Positions 49,053 to 59,557 of a DNA stretch of 64,000 bases are shown here, one piece after another; the stretch's first letter is position 1, and the number at the start of each line of letters is the position of its first letter. The position numbers and the translations under genes are program-made. Source of the DNA: a virus; IMG/VR virus record IMGVR_UViG_3300027932_000001, positions 105-64,104 of that record. One strand, written 5' to 3'. Below the pieces are notes generated by a model that worked only from the letters and a program-made list of their open reading frames with translations, ran no database searches and was not told where the DNA came from.

Positions 49053-52000
49053 TTAAATTATGAGTATCTGTTTTTGTTGTTTTCCGCTTACTGGCGTGGA
49101 TGTATTGTTTTGTGCGTTTATAATCACAGGTGTGTTTTCGCTGTTGTTATTGTTATTATTGTTGTTATTTTTAGGTGGAGGTGTTGGGGTAGGAGTTGGT
49201 GGGGATATCGTTGTGGTGGTTTGCGGTGGTTGTGGTGTTGGCTGAGTACTGACTTGCGGTATCGTTGTAGATACTGACGATGGTGGGCTGGTATAGCTTA
49301 CACTACTATTAACGTTAATTGGATAGATCTGCAGTTTGAACTTTCTCCTAAGCCTTATAGGTATACTGTTAACATCGTTAATTATATTGCTGAATTGATC
49401 GTTAACGAGGACTGAAATATCCGAATCGTAAATATAGTCGTCGATATACGAAATTAACTGGGCTACTGTTAAGTTAGTTACGTTCTCCGTTAAAATTCCG
49501 TACTTCTGCAGTATTGTTGTTATTTGTGAGATTATGGTACTGTCTTCAATTTCAAGCTTGTTTAATTTGATGAGCACTTGCCTGATGAAGAATAAGAGGT
49601 CTAACTTTGTGCTTATATTTATATCCTCCAGGTTGATGGGTATATTCTTTATTGAGATTTCGCTGAGCACATTAGACAGAGTTGTAACATCGGTGCTATT
49701 GACATAAGATTCTATGCTCTTTACGTCTACGCCTAAATTAGATGCTATCTGAGTTATTTTTTCTGTTTTTATTTCGTTCAACGCATTAGTTAAGAATTCT
49801 AATAGATCCTTAGCTACGTCGTTATACGTCATTCCTTTTAATTTATCTATTGCCTCTTCTATTTTTCCTTCATCTATGTCCTTAAATACCTCTTTAAAGT
49901 CTGATAAAGTCTTTATGTCCTTTATAACATCGTCTAGGGAAACGTTTACACCGTTCAGGAAATCTTCTAGACTATTGAGGTGGAGAGCTCTAAAGTCGTC
50001 CTCAAAGTCCTCAAGGTAGCTCCTCAGCCGTGCCATTATTTGGTCTTTTACGAAATCCTCTACGTCAAAATTGTTGTCCTGTGCAAGTCTATCTACAGCG
50101 TCATTGAATATCTGGTATATGGCGTTTGGGTCTTTCTCGTCTAAAATCTCCAGGGCGTCTAAATACTTCTCCATTATTTTCCCTACTTCCTCTTCTAGAC
50201 TCTCATATACTTTGATACTGTTCTCTGTTGCACTTGGTAGCTTGAGCTGTGCAGATAGTTCTCCTTCCTTAATATTTATACCTAAATTGTCTACTAACTC
50301 GTTCTTTGAAAGGTCTCCAGTTAAATATTTCTCAAGAAGAGAAACAACTTCACTATTATCGCTCTTAAACGCTTCAACTAAGAATTTTTGTAACGCTTCA
50401 TCGTTAGCTAGACTTTCTATTCTGGACTTTAGAGGAACTTCGCCATCCTCCTCCATTTTCTCTATTAGCTTAGTATATAGGTTATCTAATATCTCTGCAT
50501 CTTTTCCTTCGAGCTTTATCAATTGCCTCAGGGATGTTAAGTCATCTCCGTATATCTTTACATCATTTAACAACTGAAATAGACTTATATTTCCTTCCAG
50601 GTACTTCATGAAGAGTTCGGGATCTATATTCTCCATATCTGTTACAGCATCCTTGAACTTTTCAAATTTAGTAAGGAGATCGTTAATATCATGTAGTGCG
50701 TCCAACTTGTTTGGCGTGTTCTTAATGTCATCAACGACTTTCATAAACGCTTTACCTAAATCTGAAGGTAGGTTGTCTGCATTGAGCTTAAGCTTATCGA
50801 AAGCTTCATCATATACTTTGCTTATTAAATCGTCTATTGTAACCTTGCCGTCAAGATAGTCACTTACCAAGTCGCTTATATCGTTAATGTCAAGTTTTTT
50901 CATAACAGATAGTAAGTCCGTATTAAGGCTGAGCTTTTTGATCGCATTTGCAAGGTCGCCCAGACGCTTATATACATCGTTCAAGTTTTTGCTTAGGTCT
51001 TTAAGAGATGATAAATATGAATCCAAGTCGTCCAGATCACCGCTAAGAGAATCTGCCAATTTCGGATCCGATTTAATCGCATCGATAAGTAAACCTTTAA
51101 CACGTTCTATACTGTCAATCAAGTTAGTAAATAATTGCTCATGCCCAAAGTTCCCTTCTATCTTACCTAAAATATCCTTCATTTCATCCTCAAACTTTGT
51201 TCCTTCTAGTTTGCCTGCAACGTCTTTTAACGTACTTAATACTCCGTTAAGGTCGTCGGATGATGTATATATAAGTGAGTTTATTTCGCTCTGTAAGTTC
51301 TGCAATTTAGATAATATTATCCTAGAAACGCTGTCTGGTAGTTCAACTCCCTTCTCCTCATATAGATTCTGTAATGTTGTGTATTTGTCCGTAACAATTT
51401 TAGCAATATCGTCCTTGAGGACTGGTATCATATCGCCTATTCCCTGTACTACCTCGCTGTAAATTACCTTGCCGTTCTCGATATTTGCAGTTACGACTTT
51501 AGCACCCTGAGTTTCTCTTATGAGGTTTGCTTGCCTCGTTATTATTTCTCCTGGAGAGGTCATAGAAGGAGGTTTAACCAACGCTTGGGATTCTGGTGTT
51601 GTCACGCCAATTTCTCCTTTATTATTTATAATAATCTTAGAAGATACTTCTCCTTCTCCAGTAGACTCATTTATTTTACCTATAAGTGTAGCCTCCTTTT
51701 CTCCAGTTTCATATGTTAGGAAGTCCTTTATCTCGCTTACATCGAGGGATTTTACGGAAATCAGCTCCTTATTTGGTATAATTTCCTTCTCTAACTGCAA
51801 TATCTTTAGTTCTGTTGGGCTTATTTGTAAATCATCGGTGCTTAGCTTTACTTCCTTTGGCTCTGCGAGCTTAGTGCTTGAGATTTTATCTATTACAGAT
51901 TTGAATTTAGCATCAAATTCGTCGAACTTTGTTGTTATGTCTTTGGCAAAGTCAGTCTTTGTGAGGTCGGTAGTGAGATTATCGAACTTAGCTTTAATGT

Positions 52001-55000
52001 CATCAAAGGCTGTCTTGATGTCTTGAACTACTGTGTTATTCTTTATATCGTCTTTTACCGAATCTTCAACGGATTTTATAAGCGTATCAACCTTAGCCCC
52101 TATGTCAGTTACTGCGTCGTCACCTACGTCCTCAATATCCGTTGCTAATTTTGTTGTAAGCGGTGATACTCTGCTAGCTAATGCCCTACTTATTCCTATT
52201 CCTCCTAGTATACCAGTCACTATCATAGCTATAGATTCTGGGGTTAGGAGTGCATGAAGGAGGTCACTTGCTATCTGGATCGGGTTGCTTACTCCTTGTA
52301 GATATAGATCTTGTATGCTAGCGATTATTGATAAAGCACCTGCAATATCTACAGCTACATCAAGACCTGGGACTAGTTGTGCAACTACGAATAACGCCCC
52401 TATTACTACTCCAGCTATTATCTGACCAAGTAAGCCAGGGATATGTGAGGTGATGAAATTGCTGAGGTCGTTCATTGCGTCATTAAACGCAGTACCTACA
52501 ATACTTGCAAGGTTTGCAACTACATTCTCTACTGTATCGCTTATTGCGTTTCCAATGTCTGAAAGTATGTTCGACGAATTCGTGTTCTGATATGTCAGTG
52601 ATTCATACTCATTCTTTGCGTTTGTGTATATACTGTTAAGTTTATTGTACATATCACAAAGACAATTAGGGACGCTCTGTCCTAGCTGTGCATAAATGTT
52701 CTTTATGCAGTTTATACAATTCATAGCTTTCTGCGACAGATTCATTAAATTAGAAGTAAGCGACTCTGCAGGCTGTGGAGTAGTATATTGCGAATTTATT
52801 TGATTCATTAAATTCTGCAAATTATTCATCCTATTCTGCAAATTATTCAGCAGATTTACTTGGTTATTGAGCTTCTGAATCTCGCTACATAACTGGCTTA
52901 CGTCCCCTCCTATGTTCTTGAAGTATGGAACTGCGTTTTTGAAGCAGTTTTCTGCGTTTTGTAAGTACGAAACCACGGTAGGAATTGAACTGTGCGAGCA
53001 TTGTGCTGAATCTAAATAAGCTACTGCAGTCAAGTAGTAAGATAACGCTGTAATTAAACAATTCAGTTTATTTCCGTAGTTCTGCATAAAAATTTGTTGT
53101 ATATCCCCGTTCATTCCAGATACTAATGAATTCAGCTTACTCTGTACTGGCTCTAGGTATTTATTTATTATCTGTTGGCGTGGGTTCCCGCTTTTTACCA
53201 GGTTATATCCTTCGGATTGACTGAAAGGAACGTTCTGCATGTAGCTATTTAACGTGTTAATTATGTAGTTCAATTCACTGTGATGAGAATGCATATACGA
53301 ATAGAATTCGTAGAGGTAGTACAAGTGATGATTAAAATCGCTCAGGCAGTGAGCTAATTTTTGTACGCACTGCTCTATCTGATTATTGTCAATCTTATTA
53401 TTACATAAGCAATCTATAGCCTTACTTACAAGGTCATTTGCGGTTTTATAAATAGAAGCAAGTCCTTCGAAGCTTTGAGTGGTATTAGTATTGCAAAGTT
53501 CGTTGTATGCTTGTGCTAAATACGAATAAGCCTTACCTACTACAGTGTAATATTGTGCGTATTGTGAAAGCTGTTCGGATGCAGAAGATAAAGACTGGAC
53601 TTGAGAAGCGATAGCTGATGCTTGACTATATAATGAAGATACCCTCGTGAAGATAGTAGATATTGATTGATAATAATTTGCAGTATTTGCATAAGTAGAG
53701 TTTGATTGTGGTGGTTGCGGTAGATTATTAAGCATATCTTGTGCTTCGGCTTCTAATTGCTCTATTTCTTGGAGTGCATTTAGAGTTGTGCAGACACATT
53801 GTGCGGTTTGCGTAAGTGAAGGTACTGCTTGGGCTACTTGTTGTGAAACAGTTCCAGATGTTTCATATGTTACATTCGTATACTTAGCTACTTGTTCTTT
53901 AAGCTGTTCTATAGTTTTTATTGCTTCATTAGGATCACTTTGAGAAACTGTGCTGTTAAGCTCATTAACTACATTATTAAGTGTCGTATACCCGTCCGCT
54001 AATATTGACGCTATCTGATAAGCGTCATTATAATCTCCTATGTCAATAGGTTGGGAATTGAGTGCCTGAAGGTACTGGTTAGCAGTAGATAGTTGCGGTA
54101 TTACATAAGCTAGGGCTTTCTTAAGAGAAGTGAAGTAAGAGCTTGCCTCTGCAAGAGAGTTTATCTGACCAACGTTAAGACCTTGCATAGCATTATTCGC
54201 AACTGCGATATGATAAGACGCACCTGCCATGTTCCACATCAGTTTTATTGCACATTCACAACATTCATTAACGTCAGGAGGAATTGGCGGGGGTGTATAG
54301 GATGAAGGATTGGTCTGTGCAGTTTCCATTTCTGCTCTTCCGACATGCTTACCTATGTTTCCAGTTTCTATTTCAAACAACGATTGCAACGCAGACGTAA
54401 GGATATCGTATGCCCTCTGATAGTTTCCGCTCTGCATGCAATCTTCTGCTTGTGCTACTGCGTCGTATGCCTTGGACAACTTGCCATATATTTTTGCATA
54501 ATCTTTAGATACGAGCTTCTCTAGGCTCTCCACAATATTACAATAGCATTCTAATGACTGCTGTAATGAAGATACGTCCACACCTAGAGATTGACCGATT
54601 GAGATAGCTGACTTAAGTGTGGATATTGCGTTAGATAATACTGAAATATTATTCTTTATGTTCTTCTCGTTATCACTAAACCAACTAGACAACTCTGCAT
54701 AGTATTGTGCCACTTGCTGTGCAGTTGGGTTATCAGGTGGAGTTGGCATATCTGGTAGGTTGATAAACTTAGCTAAGCATGAGTATGCGTTGGATAATGC
54801 AGAATAGAACTGTGCATAATTTGGATTATTGAGGCTTTCTAATTGTTTTAACGCATTACAATAGCATTCTAATGACTGCTGTAATGAAGATACGTCCACA
54901 CCTAGAGATTGACCGATTGAGATAGCTGACTTAAGTGTAGATATTGCATTCGATAATACTGAAATGTTGTTCTTTATATTGTTCTCATTCTCACTAAACC

Positions 55001-55799
55001 AACTCGATAACTCTGCATAATACTGTGCTAGTTCTTCGAAACAAGGATTATTGTGCAACGGAATAGCCTGCGATTTTTCTATTTCGGGTGGCTTAGGGGC
55101 TTTCGGAATATTTACATACTGAGCAAGAAAATTATAAACTTCAGAAAGGGCAGAATAGAACTGAGAGAACTCTGGTGCTTCTTTATAAATTTCTTTATAT
55201 TGAGAGAGTACAGATGTAAGCTTACTTATATTTGCCCCAGCCTGTTGAAAATTCGCTATTGCATTGTTAATCTTCTGTATATTCTCTTTAGCAATCTCTT
55301 TTACTTGTTGATAATACGATGCTAATTCTGAATAGTATTGCACTAAGGTTGTGAGAGAGGGGTTTGATGGGAGTTGTGGTAATTGTGGGAAATTTTGGAT
55401 TTGAGCAAGGTTAGAGTAAGCGGTAGATAACAGTTGAAATACTAAAGGATTAACTTTTACAAAAGACCTTAGTCCTGATAACGCATTTTCATAATTAGAC
55501 AAGTATTGGTTTAATGTCTGCACTAAGTTATCGTTTTTTAAATTCTCTGCTAATTTTATGGTATTTTTTAGAATACTTACTACTTTCTTCAGAAGTTTAA
55601 TATCACTAGAGGCTACTGGCTCGTACTTATAATAGTATTTATATAGAGAGCCGTAATACTGTGCTAATATTCTATCTACTTCACCCTGAGGAATCGAAGG
55701 AGGTGGAGACGGGGGGTTAGGTATTGATTGATAATCATTAAGCAGATTGTCTACGGTGTTGATGTTATTAAGCACCGTGTTTGTTACTGCTTCACTCAT
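49053..55799 (-). CDS. Giant 2248-aa helical virion protein
   Basis: Q/N/S/Y- and Cys-rich N-half, central hydrophobic segment, D/E/K/L-rich C-half, P/T and poly-Asn tail. Confidence 0.8.
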   Translation of the reverse strand: MSEAVTNTVLNNINTVDNLLNDYQSIPNPPSPPPSIPQGEVDRILAQYYGSLYKYYYKYEPVASSDIKLLKKVVSILKNTIKLAENLKNDNLVQTLNQYLSNYENALSGLRSFVKVNPLVFQLLSTAYSNLAQIQNFPQLPQLPSNPSLTTLVQYYSELASYYQQVKEIAKENIQKINNAIANFQQAGANISKLTSVLSQYKEIYKEAPEFSQFYSALSEVYNFLAQYVNIPKAPKPPEIEKSQAIPLHNNPCFEELAQYYAELSSWFSENENNIKNNISVLSNAISTLKSAISIGQSLGVDVSSLQQSLECYCNALKQLESLNNPNYAQFYSALSNAYSCLAKFINLPDMPTPPDNPTAQQVAQYYAELSSWFSDNEKNIKNNISVLSNAISTLKSAISIGQSLGVDVSSLQQSLECYCNIVESLEKLVSKDYAKIYGKLSKAYDAVAQAEDCMQSGNYQRAYDILTSALQSLFEIETGNIGKHVGRAEMETAQTNPSSYTPPPIPPDVNECCECAIKLMWNMAGASYHIAVANNAMQGLNVGQINSLAEASSYFTSLKKALAYVIPQLSTANQYLQALNSQPIDIGDYNDAYQIASILADGYTTLNNVVNELNSTVSQSDPNEAIKTIEQLKEQVAKYTNVTYETSGTVSQQVAQAVPSLTQTAQCVCTTLNALQEIEQLEAEAQDMLNNLPQPPQSNSTYANTANYYQSISTIFTRVSSLYSQASAIASQVQSLSSASEQLSQYAQYYTVVGKAYSYLAQAYNELCNTNTTQSFEGLASIYKTANDLVSKAIDCLCNNKIDNNQIEQCVQKLAHCLSDFNHHLYYLYEFYSYMHSHHSELNYIINTLNSYMQNVPFSQSEGYNLVKSGNPRQQIINKYLEPVQSKLNSLVSGMNGDIQQIFMQNYGNKLNCLITALSYYLTAVAYLDSAQCSHSSIPTVVSYLQNAENCFKNAVPYFKNIGGDVSQLCSEIQKLNNQVNLLNNLQNRMNNLQNLMNQINSQYTTPQPAESLTSNLMNLSQKAMNCINCIKNIYAQLGQSVPNCLCDMYNKLNSIYTNAKNEYESLTYQNTNSSNILSDIGNAISDTVENVVANLASIVGTAFNDAMNDLSNFITSHIPGLLGQIIAGVVIGALFVVAQLVPGLDVAVDIAGALSIIASIQDLYLQGVSNPIQIASDLLHALLTPESIAMIVTGILGGIGISRALASRVSPLTTKLATDIEDVGDDAVTDIGAKVDTLIKSVEDSVKDDIKNNTVVQDIKTAFDDIKAKFDNLTTDLTKTDFAKDITTKFDEFDAKFKSVIDKISSTKLAEPKEVKLSTDDLQISPTELKILQLEKEIIPNKELISVKSLDVSEIKDFLTYETGEKEATLIGKINESTGEGEVSSKIIINNKGEIGVTTPESQALVKPPSMTSPGEIITRQANLIRETQGAKVVTANIENGKVIYSEVVQGIGDMIPVLKDDIAKIVTDKYTTLQNLYEEKGVELPDSVSRIILSKLQNLQSEINSLIYTSSDDLNGVLSTLKDVAGKLEGTKFEDEMKDILGKIEGNFGHEQLFTNLIDSIERVKGLLIDAIKSDPKLADSLSGDLDDLDSYLSSLKDLSKNLNDVYKRLGDLANAIKKLSLNTDLLSVMKKLDINDISDLVSDYLDGKVTIDDLISKVYDEAFDKLKLNADNLPSDLGKAFMKVVDDIKNTPNKLDALHDINDLLTKFEKFKDAVTDMENIDPELFMKYLEGNISLFQLLNDVKIYGDDLTSLRQLIKLEGKDAEILDNLYTKLIEKMEEDGEVPLKSRIESLANDEALQKFLVEAFKSDNSEVVSLLEKYLTGDLSKNELVDNLGINIKEGELSAQLKLPSATENSIKVYESLEEEVGKIMEKYLDALEILDEKDPNAIYQIFNDAVDRLAQDNNFDVEDFVKDQIMARLRSYLEDFEDDFRALHLNSLEDFLNGVNVSLDDVIKDIKTLSDFKEVFKDIDEGKIEEAIDKLKGMTYNDVAKDLLEFLTNALNEIKTEKITQIASNLGVDVKSIESYVNSTDVTTLSNVLSEISIKNIPINLEDINISTKLDLLFFIRQVLIKLNKLEIEDSTIISQITTILQKYGILTENVTNLTVAQLISYIDDYIYDSDISVLVNDQFSNIINDVNSIPIRLRRKFKLQIYPINVNSSVSYTSPPSSVSTTIPQVSTQPTPQPPQTTTTISPPTPTPTPPPKNNNNNNNNNSENTPVIINAQNNTSTPVSGKQQKQILII
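49120..49139. promoter_or_regulatory. Dispersed palindrome copy 9 (inside the giant gene 3-prime end)
   Basis: ataatcacaggtgtgttttc. Confidence 0.6.
54537..54938. repeat. Intragenic direct repeat of about 84 bp (54537-54620, 54855-54938)
   Basis: Encodes TLKSAISIGQSLGVDVSSLQQSLECYCN twice; offset 318 bp. Confidence 0.85.
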
Positions 55800-55838
55800 A
55801 TGGGTTGGACGTATTGTATACTTAAAAAGATTTTGTAG

Positions 55839-55873
55839 CTGACTTCCTCCTCGTCCTGAAGGTCGAGGGTTCC
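55839..55873 (-). mobile_element. IS605 right-end remnant
   Basis: ctgacttcctcctcgtcctgaaggtcgagggttcc, abutting the stop of the 55875 gene. Confidence 0.65.
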
Positions 55874-55874
55874 G

Positions 55875-56165
55875 TCACTTAGTCCACTTTATTTGCAATT
55901 TTTTGTAATAATGCAAACAAATATCGTTATAAACACGGGTAGGGTTGGCTTTCCACTCACTTTCACTTGAACACCACTCAAATGCTTTTTGTATGCAATT
56001 ATAATCACCATTGCATCTCTTAAGGCGTTTAATATATACGTGTTTAAAAGCAAAACTGCTTGTGTTCACTAAAAGCAAAGACGTTAAAAATAAGATATAA
56101 AACGAAGCTAATGTGAGATCCCTTAAATCCCTTAGGAGATCCTTTAGAGAGTTTAGCTTACCCAT
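55875..56165 (-). CDS. Small TM and Cys-rich protein (start MGKLNSL)
   Basis: One TM followed by C..C..C..C. Confidence 0.5.
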   Translation of the reverse strand: MGKLNSLKDLLRDLRDLTLASFYILFLTSLLLVNTSSFAFKHVYIKRLKRCNGDYNCIQKAFEWCSSESEWKANPTRVYNDICLHYYKKLQIKWTK

Positions 56166-56202
56166 ATAGAAAAATAGAACAGCCACATTTAAACTTGTTT
56201 CT

Positions 56203-56222
56203 GCAAACACAGCTGTGATAAT
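56203..56222. promoter_or_regulatory. Dispersed palindrome copy 10
   Basis: gcaaacacagctgtgataat in a divergent intergenic region. Confidence 0.65.
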
Positions 56223-56286
56223 CGAACAGTAAACATTCGTTCTTTCAAGCGTTCTATTTTTAAGCAAAAATGCAGGAATAAAACTC

Positions 56287-56484
56287 ATGGAAACGTTATT
56301 AATAACTGAAAAGGTCACCGTATTAGCAGACGGTGACCAGGTAGTTTTTAAAATAAAAACTAGTGGGGGTTATTATAAGTACGTGAGGAGAAACGTAGCA
56401 GATATAAAGAGAATAATACCTCTAGGTGACGACGTGATGGTGGTGTTTAATGATGGTAGAGAAAGAAGAGCAACAGATCTTTAG
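56287..56484 (+). CDS. Small beta-rich hypothetical protein
   Basis: 65 aa. Confidence 0.55.
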   Translation: METLLITEKVTVLADGDQVVFKIKTSGGYYKYVRRNVADIKRIIPLGDDVMVVFNDGRERRATDL

Positions 56485-56770
56485 GCATTACGAATGTAAA
56501 GCTGATGAGTGCGAAATAGCAATTAGAATAACGAAAGGAAAGCGTGTTGGCTTAAGCTTTGTAGTAGATGATGAAATAACAAATTATACATATTATAATA
56601 TAATGAAAACTGATTATGGATACGCAATATCGTTCTCAAAACCCGTATATAAAGCTAAGTTAGGAAGGAAAAAGGACAGCGTAATAATAACAGCGGTAAT
56701 TGAAAAGGGATTTTACATAATAACTTTTGATAAAGAAAGAAAAATAATACATCTTCACAAGGTTAGTTGA
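56450..56770 (+). CDS. Small beta-rich hypothetical protein
   Basis: 106 aa. Confidence 0.55.
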   Translation: MMVEKEEQQIFRHYECKADECEIAIRITKGKRVGLSFVVDDEITNYTYYNIMKTDYGYAISFSKPVYKAKLGRKKDSVIITAVIEKGFYIITFDKERKIIHLHKVS

Positions 56771-57505
56771 TTAGCCAGAAAGCTTTCTTAATATTTCGAC
56801 GGCGTCTTTTTCCTGAGTATATTGTACAATTCTTTTGAGATCTTTATGACCCGTTATCTTCGCAATAATTGCTGGGTCTGTGCCATTTTTTGCCAAGAAG
56901 GAGACCAGTGCATATCGTAGCGAATGTGTGTTACACTTCAAGTACTTGAGTGCGAACATCCTTATCCTCGCTTCTAGTTTATCATCAGCAATTGTCAGTA
57001 TCGATTTGTAGGCTAGTCTGTTCCTGATGACGTCGGGAATAATGAAGAATCTCGTATTACCGTGCTTTTCTGCTTTTAGTTGGAACTCCCTTTGCCCAGA
57101 CTCTACGAAAGTCTTGAATGCCTTGATTGCCTCACCTATCCTAGCCCCGTTGGCTAGTTGTATGAAAAGTATCGCGACGTAGACCTCATAGGGCATGAGA
57201 TTCATATCAAACAGTTGTTTGTATGCAGACATGAGTACCTTCTTAGCTTCGAGAAAGTCAACCGAATAGTCCCAGGTATGCTCTATCTTCTTTTTCCCCA
57301 AGGGCTTTAGGATCTTCTTAAGTACCTCGGTCTCCTCTCTCTTTCCTTTCTTCTTCTCCTCCTTTAGCCCTAGTTTTACTGCAATAAGGTCTACAACGTC
57401 AGTCCATCCTTTTTCTCTCGCTTCTTTAAGGTACTCTAAGAGCTTAGGTGAGTTATCTGGAAGGTTCTGAATAATTTGCTTAAGCTCATCCTTGTCCATT
57501 TTCAC
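56771..57505 (-). CDS. int: Tyrosine recombinase/integrase
   Basis: Catalytic residues R (NGARIGE), K (KAEK), HSLR, TGH, Y (QYTQ). Confidence 0.9.
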   Translation of the reverse strand: MKMDKDELKQIIQNLPDNSPKLLEYLKEAREKGWTDVVDLIAVKLGLKEEKKKGKREETEVLKKILKPLGKKKIEHTWDYSVDFLEAKKVLMSAYKQLFDMNLMPYEVYVAILFIQLANGARIGEAIKAFKTFVESGQREFQLKAEKHGNTRFFIIPDVIRNRLAYKSILTIADDKLEARIRMFALKYLKCNTHSLRYALVSFLAKNGTDPAIIAKITGHKDLKRIVQYTQEKDAVEILRKLSG

Positions 57506-57693
57506 TCATCCTCATAGAGATCCTCCATGTCCTCTTCCAAATCCTCCATTTCTTGTTCTTCTTCATAAATTTCGCATATATCACCACATATTTCCGAAGG
57601 ACAATTTTCATGACTTGCTTTCCTGCATATCTCGTCGACTTCTTCCTCTATTTTTTCTATCTCTTCCCAATCTTCTTCCACTTTCACCATCAC
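57502..57693 (-). CDS. Very acidic small protein
   Basis: About half D/E, with C..HENC..IC..IC. Confidence 0.6.
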   Translation of the reverse strand: MMVKVEEDWEEIEKIEEEVDEICRKASHENCPSEICGDICEIYEEEQEMEDLEEDMEDLYEDE

Positions 57694-58199
57694 CTCGTCA
57701 GAGTTACGCCTTGTTGTCCTTGGTATTTGCCATGGTAGGGGTTCTCAACTGGTGTTAATGTCCTGGCGAAAATAAGGTGAAGGAATCTAGTCCCCCTCTT
57801 TATCTTTACTGGAAAGGCTGAACCTAGTACTTCTATTGTGAGCTGACCTTCAAAGCCTGCATCTACTATTGTAGGTGGTACAAAAAGACCTAGCCTGGCA
57901 AAAGATGACCTCAAGTTGACAAAAGCCATTACGTCGTTCGGCAGTTTAACGTATTCCTCAGTAACTAGCAGTACGTGTTCGTTAGGGTAAATGATGAATT
58001 CATCGCCTTTCTCTATCTCGTAAAATGAACGCGGATCTTTTCCATCTTCATATATTTCGTCAGTCTTCTTAAAGCGGGCTATCTCTCCGCCCACTCTTAA
58101 ATCGACCCCGTTCTCTCTTATAGTATCTTGAGTAAGAGGAGAAATTACTATCCAACCCTTTTCTAGGTAATATTTTAAATCTCTATCTCCAAGAATCAT
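57690..58199 (-). CDS. dcd: dCTP deaminase / dUTPase family
   Basis: [46 protein letters not shown]. Confidence 0.9.
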   Translation of the reverse strand: MILGDRDLKYYLEKGWIVISPLTQDTIRENGVDLRVGGEIARFKKTDEIYEDGKDPRSFYEIEKGDEFIIYPNEHVLLVTEEYVKLPNDVMAFVNLRSSFARLGLFVPPTIVDAGFEGQLTIEVLGSAFPVKIKRGTRFLHLIFARTLTPVENPYHGKYQGQQGVTLTR

Positions 58200-58218
58200 G
58201 GATGGGTCACCACGAGGT

Positions 58219-58653
58219 CTACAGCGACCACCCCTCATCATAACGCTTAACGTACTCAACCAGACGTTTGAACTGCATAAATTCGTAGACTTTGCACGTA
58301 CCGTCCTTAAGTTTCACTATAACTCTACTGTCTAGGTTTTGTGACAGCAACATTTTGCACAGTACCTCGTTATCGTATCTTCCTATTTCCTTCATTATTG
58401 GTTCCACTACCTCAAATTTTAGGTTACGGTTTCTAATCTCCTCTAGAAGTTTCATCTTCACGCTTTCTGGGACTACTGGAATTAACAGGACTCTTTCATA
58501 TATTTCATGATTTAAGTTCTTTATCTCAGAAAGAAAGTCCTCAACATTGTATATTCCTTTATTATATATACTAATGTAATATCCAGCATCTTTCAATAAC
58601 TTCTCCTGAACTGGTAACATTTTCTCCTTTGAAACCCATACTGCGACCTTCAT
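58219..58653 (-). CDS. Probable paralog of the 44319 protein
   Basis: [16 protein letters not shown]...[10 protein letters not shown]...YEFMQFKRL. Confidence 0.45.
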   Translation of the reverse strand: MKVAVWVSKEKMLPVQEKLLKDAGYYISIYNKGIYNVEDFLSEIKNLNHEIYERVLLIPVVPESVKMKLLEEIRNRNLKFEVVEPIMKEIGRYDNEVLCKMLLSQNLDSRVIVKLKDGTCKVYEFMQFKRLVEYVKRYDEGWSL

Positions 58654-58952
58654 TTGTGAACCACCTCAATAATAACTATTTCGAATTTGTTGGGGTCTAT
58701 TCTGTCTTTATGAAGCTTTTCGGCTTCATACATCCACTCTTCAACACTTTGAAATCCGCTATAATCTGCATACTCACTTAGTGAAAAAGGTGTGACAGGG
58801 GCTATTGCAATAACCTTACCATAAAATCTCCTATCTCCAACTTTCATTACGACCCTCTGACCTAACCTGTAATATCCAGACTTCCTGATTGTCGCGACTA
58901 CTTTAGCACCATTCAAAATGTATTTTTGCACCACAGATGAATTGAAAATCAT
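58650..58952 (-). CDS. ASCH/PUA-like domain protein
   Basis: GAKVVATIRKSGYYRLGQRV...EYADYSGFQSVEEW. Confidence 0.7.
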   Translation of the reverse strand: MIFNSSVVQKYILNGAKVVATIRKSGYYRLGQRVVMKVGDRRFYGKVIAIAPVTPFSLSEYADYSGFQSVEEWMYEAEKLHKDRIDPNKFEIVIIEVVHK

Positions 58953-59281
58953 GGATGGGTCACCTCGCTTATGAAAGGCTTTACTTCTATTTGATCTGTG
59001 AATATTCTCCATAAGAAGTCGTCTAGATAAAGAGATCCGCATCCTCCCTCTGTCTCTAGACATTTTAAACGTACTACAGAAAGATACCAAGGATCCTTGA
59101 ATATTACGTCAAAATCGCCGATGTACCCCACATAACCGTTATATAGTATAATTCTCAGCTTCTGTAATCCCTCTTTCAAGGCATTTAAATAGTCAATTAA
59201 GTCTTTCCATTCTTCCTCATTTAATTCATCTTTTTCCTGTAATTTTCTAACAATTTGCCATAAATATTTCATGTGGGTCAC
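58949..59281 (-). CDS. Hypothetical protein
   Basis: 110 aa. Confidence 0.6.
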   Translation of the reverse strand: MTHMKYLWQIVRKLQEKDELNEEEWKDLIDYLNALKEGLQKLRIILYNGYVGYIGDFDVIFKDPWYLSVVRLKCLETEGGCGSLYLDDFLWRIFTDQIEVKPFISEVTHP

Positions 59282-59545
59282 CTACTGGTCTTGGAGGTCT
59301 CGGATAATCTTTTCCATTTCTTCTATCATTTCTTTGAGACCTTCCAATCTATGTTTGATAACATCCAGTTTTTCAAATTCATCTGTTATCAATTCATTAC
59401 CTAAATATTCCCTGATCTTACTGAGTCTCTTAATTCTATCTCTGATAGAATCTTTTGCATTTTCAAGATTAACTTTAGCTTCGTCCAAACAGTCTAGTAT
59501 TTCAAGATACTGAGTATCAGCCGTTTTGGGGTATGACCTCCTCAT
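59282..59545 (-). CDS. Small coiled-coil protein
   Basis: 87 aa with heptad pattern. Confidence 0.6.
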   Translation of the reverse strand: MRRSYPKTADTQYLEILDCLDEAKVNLENAKDSIRDRIKRLSKIREYLGNELITDEFEKLDVIKHRLEGLKEMIEEMEKIIRDLQDQ

Positions 59546-59557
59546 TGATTTGCTACC

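Noticed and set aside
50071-55325. Plus-strand ORFs opposite the giant gene, and similar shadow ORFs elsewhere
   Set aside because: Antisense shadows with Ser/Phe/Ile-rich composition and no independent signals
56771-57505. Provirus att site or tRNA target for the integrase
   Set aside because: No tRNA, host gene or att-like terminal repeat is visible in the window; integration status cannot be judged
58194-58964. 18-bp repeat aatcatggatgggtcacc at the dcd and ASCH starts
   Set aside because: Most simply a duplicated SD-plus-start segment (GGTGA...ATG); too short to claim more
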